DNA of 62,865 nucleotides, the filler included, from Lenisia limosa (taxonomy: Eukaryota; Protista; Breviatea): the NCBI GenBank assembly GCA_001655205.1. It is 8 parts of 8 records of this genome, joined end to end, with 100 filler letters (N's around TTAATTAATTAA, not from the genome) between each part and the next. Parts side by side here need not be neighbours in the genome. Positions count along the whole stretch, not along the records: positions 19,608 to 32,181 come from LPNZ01011105.1; positions 32,282 to 46,651 come from LPNZ01007193.1; 6 more parts are not named here. The stretch is one strand, 5' to 3'. Positions 25,980 through 37,736 of this stretch are shown one piece after another. A model generated the notes under the pieces. That model had not been told where the DNA came from, searched no databases, and was given only the letters and a program-made list of their open reading frames with translations. Position numbers and translations under genes: made by a program. Every line of letters begins with the position of its first letter. Position 1 is the first letter of the stretch.

Positions 25980-26865
25980 ACGCCACTACAGATGCTTTCG
26001 GCAGCAACAGGAAAACACAGGGTGAGGAAATCCCCCCTCCCTCCAAAGAACAGCGAGAAAAAGACAAAGAAAAACTAAGTAAAACACTGGTTGGTTAAGC
26101 CTAAAGTAAGCACGAATACCACTAGCATAGCAAGAGCACAGCAATAACTCAGTAGATGCATAGTGGACNNNNNNNNNNNNNNNNNNNNNNNNNNNNNNNN
26201 NNNNNNNNNNNNNNNNNNNNNNNNNNNNNNNNNGGCACGGGGGGTGCTGGTGGCGTTGGGAGAGTGGATGAAGGATGGTAGTGTACCAGACTGTTGTAGA
26301 CACTGATCACTAAGAAGACCTTCAAAATAACTATCTCCTCCACTTGGCTACACCACCTATCTACTATGGCACAAATTTATGCACTTTGTTATTTATTGAT
26401 AATGTCCTACCTACACCACTTCCGGGCTTGAGCTTGCCTACGTCGATGGATAGTGACGATAGTGACCCCCTTCTTCCTTCTTTTGTAGCTAAGGCGGGGT
26501 TGAGACGTTACAACTTTGCCCTCCTCAAATAGGAAAGACTCGTCAAGAGAGACCAGCGCTTGAGACCTTGGAGATATTTGATGTACCATACATGTTTCTT
26601 ACTGCGCGCTGTGCAGGGTTAACACCGATTTAGAAAATGGACTATTCAGAGATTTCCATGTGTTTTATTCCTATGTACTTATTTGTTTCCCTAGATATTA
26701 TTTCTCTTCAATTTTTTTTTTTTTTTATGTTAGACCCCTAGACTCCCGCTGTGTGCAGGTTGTGTGTAAACCAGGTTGTAAACACCCAACAAAACACCAG
26801 TCCTTTCCACCTCCTAGTTAATTTAGTTGAGAGACAGAGACATAGATCAGCACATCAGAATCGAA

Positions 26866-28431
26866 ATGTCTCAGATTTTGTTCAACAGCAATCTTGTTAC
26901 TCAATCAGGAGAGGGCTATTCACAACTTGATGCAGTTCATGGTTTTTTTTTTTTTTTTTTTTCATTCAGGTTTTCTCAACCTAGATTATCTTTCTGAGTT
27001 ATTTTNNNNNNNNNNNNNNNNNNNNNNNNNNNNNNNNNNNNNNNNNNNNNNNNNNNNNNNNNNNNNNNNCTGGTTTTTTTTTTTTAGATTTCTATTAATA
27101 AGGGAGTGAGTTATTTTGTTTTTCCAGGTGCTTCTCACAACCGTTTTGAGCATTCTTGCGGTGTATCATTTTTAAGTGGAGGATGGATTGAAAGTTTACG
27201 TTCAAGACAGGTGGAATTAGAAATTACCTCTAGGGAAGTACAAATTGTTAAACTTGCAGGCTTACTGCATGACATTGGACATGGTCCTTTTAGTCATGTT
27301 TTTGATGGAATGTTCATGAAAAGAAAGTATCTCCTAAACAATAATTTGAAATATTGACTGGACCCATGAAAGTGGTAGCCTGATGATGATTGACCATATG
27401 GTGGATACTAATCACATTGAAATTGATAACTGGGATTTAAAAATGATAAAGGATTTAATTGTTGGGGAACGGTATTTGAAGTTTTGTTGTTATTGTTATT
27501 TTTAAGTAAATATAAAGGATCCCAGTTTTTGTTTGACATAGTTGCAAACAGTAGAAACGGTATTGATGTGGATAAGTTTGACTACATTGCAAGGGATTCT
27601 TTGAATGTTAGTGTCCCACTTAGCTATAATAGTCAACGGTTTATTTTTTTGTTTGTTTTGATTACTGTCTTCTCAATCATAGTAAAGTTTTAAATGACAC
27701 CATATGTTTTCATAAAAGTGAAGTTTATAATATTTATCAATTATTTCACACAAGATTCTCACTATTCAAAACAGTGTTTTGTTTCGTTTTGACAGGTATA
27801 TTCACATCACGAAGGAAAAGCCATTGAATTAATGATAACTGATGCTCTTCTTGCAGCAGATTCCTTTTTGAGTATTTCAAACTCGGTATATAATGTTGAA
27901 GAGTTTAGGTCTGGGCTATTTCTTAAATAGCTTATTAACTGATAATATATTTTGGGATATTTGGAAATCTGATTGTTCTGAACTGCAAGAATCCAAAAAT
28001 ATTGTAAGACGAATTATGAATCGAGATTTCTACCTCCTAATTGGAGAAATACTAACCACACATGCTCCAGAACTCAATCATGTTTGTACTGCTTATATAA
28101 TTTGTGTTGTGCAGAAACCATCGTTTCCCATCAAAGTCATTCACTTAACCAATTGAGGCCTTGTGATATTATTGTCTATTTTCAAAAATTGAACTACGGA
28201 AAGGGTTCACTTAACCCTGTTGATAGTGTTGAATTCTTTGGGCTTTCTGACGGTTGGAAATCTGTCTCTTAATGTGAACCTTTTAATATTTCGGCATCAG
28301 AGGTCTCTTTGCTTCTTCCCAAAAAATTTGAAGAAGTATGCTTGAGAGTGTACATAAAATCAGAGGAATTAAAAGCTTCAGCTACTTTTGCCTATCAAGA
28401 GTATTTACGCTCTCTCAGGCTTACCTTTTAA
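26866..28431 (+). CDS. SAMHD1: SAMHD1-like HD-domain dNTP triphosphohydrolase, no attached SAM domain
   Basis: DAVHG, GVSYFVFPGASHNRFEHSCGV, AGLLHDIGHGPFSHVFD, WTHE, NGIDVDKFDYIARDS, FHTR, NYGKG.LNPVD, VSLLLPKKFEE. Confidence 0.92.
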
Positions 28432-28448
28432 TTGTTTGAGATGTTTCA

Positions 28449-28715
28449 TTGGGATATTGTCAATCTAGGGGTATAAATAGAATCAAGTTTAGACTGTGGC
28501 TCTTGTTCAAAACAAAAAAAAAGTCAAAAGATGATTCATTGGACCACCACTTTGATGAAGATGAAGAATGGTATGTGGTAAAAGTGTTGAAATCCCCCTG
28601 GATTCATCCAATCACTCAAACTATATTAGGGAGAATATTATGGGAGGGTAAGATGTATACCCCCGCCTGTTCAGTTCATTTATCGGCCAATTTTGAGAAT
28701 AGTTCATCCTTGTAA
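28449..28715 (+). CDS. Possible degenerate chromodomain-like ORF
   Basis: DEDEEWYVVKVLKS...GRILWEG...ANFENSSSL loosely follows the chromodomain spacing. Confidence 0.25.
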   Translation: MGYCQSRGINRIKFRLWLLFKTKKKSKDDSLDHHFDEDEEWYVVKVLKSPWIHPITQTILGRILWEGKMYTPACSVHLSANFENSSSL

Positions 28716-29704
28716 AAACGGAGGAAAAAGTGATAGCGGCGTTCCAATATTATTAAGTTCTTCTCTCAGCCCATAAAACTAGGGAGGAGAAAGGTAAACT
28801 TGGCAATGACCTTATCTAAACCGCCCCATAAAATTTCTATTAATTCCCCTTGAACTATTAATATCCTCTCGTTTAAAGCGGGTCAAAAGCAAAAGGGCTT
28901 TTTGGATTTTTCTCGCTGTTTTATTTTTTTATCAAAAGGATCGCTGAGAAGGAAAAAAAGGGGGAGGGGTTGAACAAATCAAAGGAGAATGATTTTCCTA
29001 GTGCATCTTTCGGTTTGATTGTTGAAAAACTGAATAAAAGTTGTAAGTGTAGGTTAGGATTGACAACAAAATGAAAAAGAAGGGTCATCATTAAATAAAA
29101 AAAGAGAATTTTAAAACAATAAAGTCTTATGTAAAACACATTTTCAACCCTAAACTTCCTATCCTACTTCGAGTCTTCCTTTTGTCCCAATAAACCCATT
29201 CCCCCTGACCTTGAGTCGACATAACACGAGGCTATTTATTACTCCAAACAACTCCCTCCATCGAGCCCAAAACCCGAGGAGTCCACCCAATGTTGATGCC
29301 CCACACCCTGGGTATAAAGTTAAGCCTGAGGATTTCGAATGCCAAAAACCTGGATATTTTTATTGGCTATTATTACGGAGTACTGAAGGAGCGCTACTTA
29401 ATTAGGTCTTAAGAAGACAGGGTGCGTAGCTCATTTTGCATGCTTTCTAGAGACTAAGGCCTTGGAGGGTGGGGACTGAAGGTCCCGATTGTGTCTATCC
29501 TTAAATAGGTTATGCGAAGATTTCCTCCCCAACTCTTTACCATTTATACATAATGTTGTTTTCCTGGATACAAGATTTGATTGATTATCCGCGAATAGAG
29601 ACTTGTAGAAGAGGAGAGTAGATATTGTGACAGAGGAAGAACACTTGTTGAGTTGGAAATGCGGATGTCGTTGTCACTTCTCTTTTTACTGCTTCTAAAT
29701 CCCA

Positions 29705-29910
29705 GTGTGAATGGAGATAAAGTGTTGTAAATGAAGATAAGGTGGTGTGAATGGAGATAAAGTGGTGTGAATGGAGATAAAGTGTTGTGAATGGAGAGGA
29801 GATAAAGTGGTGTGAATGGAAATATAGTGGTGTGGATGAAGATAAACTGTTGTGAATGGAGAGGAGGTGTTGTGAAGGTAGCTGAAGCGGTATAAAGTGT
29901 GAATGGAGAT
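29705..29910. repeat. Minisatellite, about 20-bp unit TGTGAATGGAGATAAAGTG(G/T), about 9 imperfect copies
   Basis: Read directly. Confidence 0.85.
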
Positions 29911-30449
29911 TGATAATATAGAATGTGGTAAGAAAATGGGATTACGAAATACAGAATAAAATCAGGTACATTATAATGAGGTTACATTAAGTAAGAGGAA
30001 GGAGTCTCAATATTCGGTTTGGATATATGAACACAACAATAGGTAAGAGCTAAAAATACATAATTTGAAATTTAAATAAAAGAGAACTAGAAAAGAAAAA
30101 AAATTCATAAAATTGAGCCAATGCGATAAAACACTGGAGCAAAATGGCATAAATGTCAGCTGGAGAAACTGTCTCAGAAAGTAAGAACCGGTTATTCTGT
30201 GACGCCAAAGCAATTCCAATAGCTCTGAGGTAGATATTGGCATTTCTCCAGGAGTTTTTGTAAACCTCACTGAGAGAATATGTATAATTTGCTAGAGAGA
30301 TTTTTAACACTCCCTCGCCAGATTAGGATTGCGGCCACATATTCAAAAGCTGGGGGGGGGGGTAAGCTGTGAAAATATGTAGTATTTCTATTTAAATATT
30401 GATTAGTATATGATATCAGGCATACTTGGGAAGACATCTTCTTCGACAA

Positions 30450-32160
30450 TTGTATTTTGTAAAAAATGACGTATGGTTCCAGTTTTGTTTTTTGTTTGCA
30501 ATGAAACGTGAACCACATCAATCTAGGTGTTTGTTATTCCTTACATATGAAGACATACCTTTCCTGAAGAGGTTTCAAAAATTACCGTTTGGTTGGTGAT
30601 TCGGGAGTTAATTTCTCCAATGATTTCCTGAAAATTATTATAACAGGGCCCACTTCATCGGTGAGAACTGTGATTGACGTTGAAGAGCCTCGCTTTCTAA
30701 TAAACGTTTGGAGTCGATGTTGAGGTTGAAGAGCCAAAGAATGGAAGAGAAAAGAGGGCTACATTATAAAATCGTACATGAAAAAGCTACCGTGACAGTT
30801 TGTTTTAATACATCTTTGGGTTTGATACATAAAAATTCTAAAAGGTTATATTAATGACAAAACTCTTACCGAGGGAAGACAAACTGTCACTGAGGATATC
30901 GGTTGGAAGCTTCCTGTCCCAAGTATCAATAGCCTTCGAAAGAAGTGCCACGTCAGGAAAAGCAATCACCTAAAAAATAACCAGAAACAATAAATAGCAA
31001 ACTTCCGAAATTTTCCTTTTGGTTATTAACTTGGTAATGTCACGGTATCTCAAGGAAGCCGAACAATGTTATTGGACTGAATAACGCTATTTAATTCTTC
31101 CGTTTTCACAATATGTTGAACTATTGATTGATACCTTTACCAGATCTGTGTTTGTCCAATCAGCAATGACAAAAAATAAGACAACCTGGGAATCCATGTG
31201 GAAAATGACACCATAGTAAATTAGAAGCACTGAATAATTGCATTTGAGTTTCTTCAAACGAAAGGTCTTATGAGCACAAATAACAAACCAAGGCATACAT
31301 CAGCGAGCTCGCACAGATCCACATTCCTTGATAACTATGCCCACTGTCGTGTAGGTAGAAAGGCAATCGGTACACTTGGAGACGCTTGGTTACCAGTCTA
31401 GCCTGTATAGTTAAACTATTCCGTAGCCATACCATGTATCTCTGAATCCTATCAATGGCTAAAGAATGCTCCGCATAACTCCAGAAATCTGGCCCACGGC
31501 AATCCAAATTGGTCGAATAAACAGAAGAAGGTGGCTTTTCTTGAAAATGTTAGTCACAGCAAATAAACATACATTTACACATTGCCAGAGTGTCGTAAAA
31601 CAGCTCTCTCAACGCTCCAACAGACGCAGAATTCATAAAGCCGGTTTGGGGTTGTAACCTGTGACAAACAGTTGCAAGCAAGCTTGCTGCTGCCTGTCCA
31701 ACCAACTCACACCTCACACTGGTTTGCATACTGATGCTTCCTTCCGGATTCACAGAGACAAAAATGAAAGGGGTAACACACTCGCCTTTGATTGCTTGAC
31801 CAATGTTATTATGTAATATAATTTTGAAAAACTGTGAAAGCAGCCGTTTCCTGGGCTTAAATGTTGCCTTGAAGGATGTTTTCCTTGTTGAGGCAGAACG
31901 GTTGAGCATGCCTTTTCTTCAACAAATTTTGGTTGCTTTGGGCAAATAAAGAATCTGGTGAGTGAATATGAACACCAAGCTCTAAATTGTAAGTTTTAAG
32001 TAACTCTCACGATCTTTCATTTGTGTTGTCAAATGCTTCCCTGTAGATTGTCAAATTTTCTAAATGAACTTACCAAGAGTTCCAATTGCATCAACTTTCT
32101 TCATTGTTTTGGAGAGTAGTGAGAGGCTTCATGCCATTCTAAAACGTAAACACTGTATTC
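30450..32160 (-). CDS. Hypothetical multi-exon protein, 5' truncated
   Basis: Several ORF-track segments bounded by GT-AG introns (e.g. EKPPSSVYSTNLDCRGPDFWSYAEHS...ARLVTKRLQVYRLPFYLHDSG); no family recognised. Confidence 0.5.
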
Positions 32161-32281
32161 AAGAAATATAAACTCCCCTACNNNNNNNNNNNNNNNNNNN
32201 NNNNNNNNNNNNNNNNNNNNNNNNNTTAATTAATTAANNNNNNNNNNNNNNNNNNNNNNNNNNNNNNNNNNNNNNNNNNNN

Positions 32282-34100
32282 CCCCGAACCTGAAGCCAAC
32301 CGTCTGTCCATTCTCCTTGACCACAAGGACGCCTTCAAGGAAATATTTTGCATTATTGCCAAGGTAGGACGGCATCTGTCGGCATTGGAACTCACCATGG
32401 TAGACATTGGATGTCGTGTGGCACGCAATGAATGCCCGTTATATGGACTTCAAGAACGTTTCCACCAGTGTTACCAACATGATTTCTGACGTGCTTGTTT
32501 CCGAACCCAAATCAGTGGGTAGTGTACCTAATAATCACATATTCTTATCGGATGCCAACTTGTCTCACCATCAGATTGAAAACTTCCGCAAGATGGCTGA
32601 GATGAAATCGAAATTGGACAAGAAGGGTGGAGGAGTGCTCTCCATCGAAGAGGATTTAACCACCGCAGAGGCCCAACTAATTCTGGTTGGAGACTTGGCA
32701 AAGACACTCCCACCTCCCCTTTTTTTTGCATTTTACTCCACTTGCTTTTACTATTTGATTGGACCAACATCCCAGGCCAGTGCCACAGAGGAGAAGGAAG
32801 CGGTTGTACTGCAGCAAAGGAAACAGTCGGTTCAGATCCCACGATCTTTTGTGATTAGTGGTAACCGAACAAAAGAACGGTATGATATATGCATATGATA
32901 TAATAATTACCATATCCAAATCTCCGTAGTTACTCACGAAATTAGAACAATGCGTGTTAACGCCGACGGTACTCATCTGGAATATTCCCAGGTTCTTCCC
33001 ATCGGCAACCCCGGACCGGTTTCTTTTGATTTCTCTAGTAGGCCCTTGAGCTTGATATTATTTTTTTCTTTGGAGCTGATATATTGGTTCTGGAACCATT
33101 GACTTCCCCTTCATTTTTGATATCCTCGCAGTTGCGCTGTCCTCGATTGAACTCATCTCAATGGGGCCTGCTGAAGCTTCCTCCCAAGTCTCAAAAAAGG
33201 ACAAGAGAAAGACTGCTGCTCTCAAGGTATGAGGGAGGGGGTTGGAATTGTGGTTTCGTATTTGTGGCATGGAGGCAAAAATAAACTTTGTATGTGGGTC
33301 ATTTTTGGTCAGATCCTATTTACGATATTACTTTTCCTCCTTGGTGTGGTGTGCGTGTNNNNNNNNNNNNNNNNNNNNNNNNNNNNNNNNNNNNNNNNNN
33401 NNNNNNNNNNNNNNNNNNNNNNNNNNNNGCGCTTGTCTTCACACTTCAACTGAAGGATGATGGTATGCTGAAATGGCATTTACACCTTCTCATTGTTTGT
33501 AAGTTCTTGTAATAGTAGTACAAACCAAGATCGCAATGGGTACATTCCAAAAAGATATGTGTGTATCTGATCTTCAAAATGTATAATGATTTACTTCCCT
33601 CAGCCACAGACCCAGACTCTGGAAGCCCATTCATCGAGGTCATGTGTCCAGATGAATATGTTCTGTCGGAGTGGAGTGGTGGGCTACGTTTTTAGTGAGT
33701 ATACTGGTTTCATTGTATGACAAATATGACCACCACCTTCCAGATGGTCTACGTGCGCACTTAGATCTACCAATGGAAACTGCTCACACCAAAACCTTCA
33801 TTTCTGCCCTCTCTGATTTCAAAGTGGGTCTTAATTCTCATATTTTTGCCTGTTATGACAATGGGATACAACCTTGTTTTATTTAATATCTCTATATAGA
33901 GATCAGAGCCACACCACTTGAAATGTTGACCAATTGGGTGACCCCTAGAAAGCATGAAACACATTACGGAATCTCACCTCTTCAGACCCGACTTGAGCTG
34001 ATAGAAAAGCATCAGCCGACTCCCCCAAAACTTCCAGTGAGCTGGTCTTTCCGCCTTCTTCTTATTGCTCTCCTAACCATTCTAGTATCCACTCCCTGAA
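32282..34100 (+). CDS. ELMO/CED-12-like protein (ELMO domain C-terminus, PH-like region, Pro-rich tail), 5' truncated
   Basis: FKEIFCIIAKTLDVVWHAMNARYMDFKNV resembles the ELMO domain end; later DGLRAHLDLPM...KIRATPLEML..QPTPPKLP parallels the ELMO1 PH and PxP tail. Confidence 0.72.
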
Positions 34101-34398
34101 GAAATTCTTAACAAAATTGACCTGTAATTTTTCCTTATTGTATTCTGTATAACTGTTTCTTATTCTATGTATCTATTTTGGTTTGCAAGTGGTTTTGCTC
34201 ATTTGGACATCTGTACATAATTTGGCAATGGGCAATTTGGACATTTGGACAAAGTTACACAGGGCTCCAGTTTGGACATTTGTTCAGGCAGTCAGTTTTG
34301 GCTTGGTTTTGGCGTTACCCCAGAAAATCTCTATATCTGCATTCCTCTTCTGGTCTTTCGTGAGTTCTTGAGACTTTCTCTTCGTCTCCCTGCACATA

Positions 34399-35899
34399 AT
34401 GAACTATTTTGACGAAGGAGTTAACTTTGTCAACGAAATGGTAAGGTTCCTCTTTTTTTTTCATCCTGGGCAAACCCGTTATTCTGTTGAATGGCATCTG
34501 ATGATGTCTAGATTGACAGAATTGACCCTGTCTATCTTCCCGCGACCACTTCAACTCTGGTTTCAGCCGCAGTTCTTTTTGCAATGACTTTCCTTGTTGC
34601 CCATAGACTTATTATCGGAATTGTTAGACCCATTTTGATGAAAATCCTTTCTTGTGAGGCGGGGATTTCCGTTTCTAAGATTAACGACTTGCTCTCCTGT
34701 CACAATTTTTACTGAAATTGTTCGTTACGTTTGTCTTCTATATCTCCACTTCGCCATACCTTGACTTATTCCCCAGGCTTCCCCAACTTCATCCTGATTC
34801 TTGTCCGTCTGTTCCTGAATACTCTTGTACCTCACATTGCTGGAGGCTTCGTCATCCTTAACCTCTATTTTCTCAACACTGGTTCCTGCTTCCTTCGGTT
34901 TGCCGTGCTATTTACTACCTTCAGATCCGTACATTTGTTAGATATATATTATATATGTATATGTATCTATATCTGTATCTGTACCTATATACCATAGATA
35001 TAGCTCTCTGATAGGAAAGATATTCTACAATATCCCAAGTATATGATCTGAACCTTACTATTCTCATTTTGCACTTATATATTTATTTTTTTTTGGAAGG
35101 AGGGAGTTCGTACACCCACTTTTATCGTCTCCTTATTCTTGGTGTTCCAAATTATGTCCGGAGGCCAGATGGTTGACACAATAGTGATGTGCTGAAGCCC
35201 CATTGCCCAGCCCTCCTTGAGCACTACAACGCCATCCCCTATCCGGAAGTCACCACCTTCCTTAGTATGACTGAGAACTCTCTTTTTTTCTTGCATTGTA
35301 TCCTAACCAGTCAGCTGATAACACCCCTGCTATCCCTCATGCCATTGCCAACTGCGAGTCTGTAATCCTCTCTGATAATGGCATTCTGCTGAGTAGGGGG
35401 ATTTTTTGACCAAAATGATTATTACAGGGGTGGGGGTATGGTACTTTTATAGTCTATCAACAAATCAGATTCAAAGTCCTGGAATTCTCCCCGAACCCTC
35501 ACCCTGTAGTCAAGGCCATTGCTGGGCTCTTCATCTTTGTCGTCTTGGGCTTCGTACAGTCCATGCTCGCGTCATGCCTCATGTCAAAGAAGACCATCAA
35601 CAAGGTTGCCCTCTTCATATTTTATTCTAATGCGTGTTAAATATCCTTGTCTCTCTGCTATATGATATGCATATAAAACTTTCTTGAGTTTCTTGGATCT
35701 GACAATGCAGAAGAAGCAAGCCAAAAAGGCCCAAAAGAAGCAAGCAGAGAAGAAGAAGGCTGACAAGGCAGAGGCAGAAAAGAAAGCTGCTGCCAAGAAG
35801 GAAGCTGCCAAGAAACCAGTGAAGCCTGTTGAGAAGAAGGAAGAGAAGAAGGTTTCTCCTCCTCCTGAGAAGAAGAAGGGCAAGAAGGGCAAGAAGTAA
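34399..35899 (+). CDS. Hypothetical multi-pass membrane protein with a Lys/Ala-rich C-terminal tail
   Basis: Hydrophobic exons (VSAAVLFAMTFLVAHRLIIG; AIAGLFIFVVLGFVQSMLA) and a terminal exon ending ...EKKKGKKGKK*; start uncertain, may extend to about 34230. Confidence 0.55.
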
Positions 35900-36130
35900 G
35901 TGTCTTAATTGTACTGATTTAATAAAATTGATGTAACTTGTTTCATAACCCCAGTCTCTCTCTGGTTGTAAATGGGAAATACACAACTGGAATAAATAAT
36001 TAAATGATGACAGGATCTGCCTGCGCTGATGATGAAACCTTCAACTATGTATAAAAGAAAAGCATGTATCAATCTAACATGAAAACCGAAAGAGTCTTGT
36101 GAGTCGGTGAAAAAGTAAGTTACCATAGAT

Positions 36131-37412
36131 CTATTCGTCATCCTCTTCAGAGATCTCATCGTAAGACTCCTGACCCTCAGCCTCAGCCTCGTCATCTTCG
36201 GAATCCATTTTCGATGCTGCCTGCGGGAGGTCAATCATGTCAAAAACGGCTATTTGAACAGCAAAACAGAGACCAGGTCAGTCGCTTTTGCATCAAAGCA
36301 TAACACCAGGGAGGGGGATGGATTATGAAATCAAAAAAATAACAAGATATTAACCCTGTTTTACAGGGGGAAAAGAAAAACAAAGCCCGTGTGGCACAGC
36401 ACCCCATTACTCCCGAACAGAAATACCCAACGGTACAACCCGACTGACCTTTTCGGCTTGCTGACGTTTGAACTCCGCTTCAACATCGGCAACCTCCTTG
36501 ATGATCTTCTCACGGTTCGGGTCGCGGGCAAGCATGACCTTGTGCTTCTCAAGATGACTCTTAGCGGATTTGATGCGTTGTGGCATGGCTGCCTCCATAC
36601 TGCAAACAGTCAAAAACAACCCATGAAGAAATAAAGGCACAAGATATAAAAAAGGAGGAGCTGATACTACTACTTTTCTGTCCCATCCTCTCACCGCTTG
36701 GCATAATGCTGGACAGCATTGTGTGTTCTGACTTCCTGGACCTTTTTGATCTTCTCGATAGTCTTCTCCCAGAGCTCCTTGCTGTAACGGACCGGTCTGT
36801 TGCGACGTTTCTCCATCTCAAAGGTGGCATCCTGTTTGATCAGTTAATTGGCCTCCTTTCGTATTAATGATAATGACAATAAAGAGTGAAGACAAAGAGT
36901 ACAATCAAAAGAGTGGAATAATGTACTCTCAAACATTACGAGAAACTACCAAAATAAAATATATAGAAACTCCCTGGAAATTCAGAAATACGGACAAAAG
37001 CCTTCCAAGGTGACCAATACACCAAAAAGAAAAGAAGAAGACGGTAGGGCCGTGTTATAATTGAGCCCTTTGAGAAATACCACCATATGTCACTTATAAA
37101 AACGGATATAGAGTATTGACAGCAGCATACCCAGGCCATTTCCTTTCCATTGGCACGACGGAATGCCTTGGTCCATTTGATCTTACGAGGGTTCCTCTTC
37201 TGCTTGAACTAAACAGTCAGCAACGCCAAACCTAAAGATTATTCCTAACCAAGCGATGGCACTTTGAACGACAGAACATGAAGGTCTAAAGAAGGGAGTA
37301 AGAGGAGTAGAGAGAAAAAGACGAGGCTGACCTTGCAGTCGTTTCTTACAAACATGGTTCCATGACCAGGATAGACTGTACTAGAACAAAAGTAGCACTT
37401 CTGAAGCCTCAT
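36131..37412 (-). CDS. RSL24D1: Ribosome biogenesis protein Rlp24
   Basis: [56 protein letters not shown]...[21 protein letters not shown]; acidic C-terminal tail. Confidence 0.95.
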
Positions 37413-37736
37413 TGTGTTATTCTAATCAGAGAACAGCGGATAAAATGCTCAGTGTTTTAAAGTGATACTAAATTAGGTTCTTTTAAGAAATGTATTCACA
37501 GTACTGTAACACAAAACTACAGAACTGCTTTAAAAATAAAAAAGAACACTTGAAAGGTAGCAAACCAATAAATAGCCACATGTAGGCTTTATACATTATC
37601 CTTTTCACCCAAAATAGTGGCCTTTTCTTAACCTTTTAACTAGAATTTAGCATAAAAAGATTGTAGGAACATATTGATTTGCTTTTTGTCGGGATTTGCT
37701 ACATACCTCTCCTCCCCACCCAACAAAGAAACCAGT

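Noticed and set aside
19564-32225. Micro-intron contig as a contaminant from another species
   Set aside because: It carries MITE-A (21824), shared with the other contigs, and the same donor preferences. Not fully excluded because of the internal 10-N joins.
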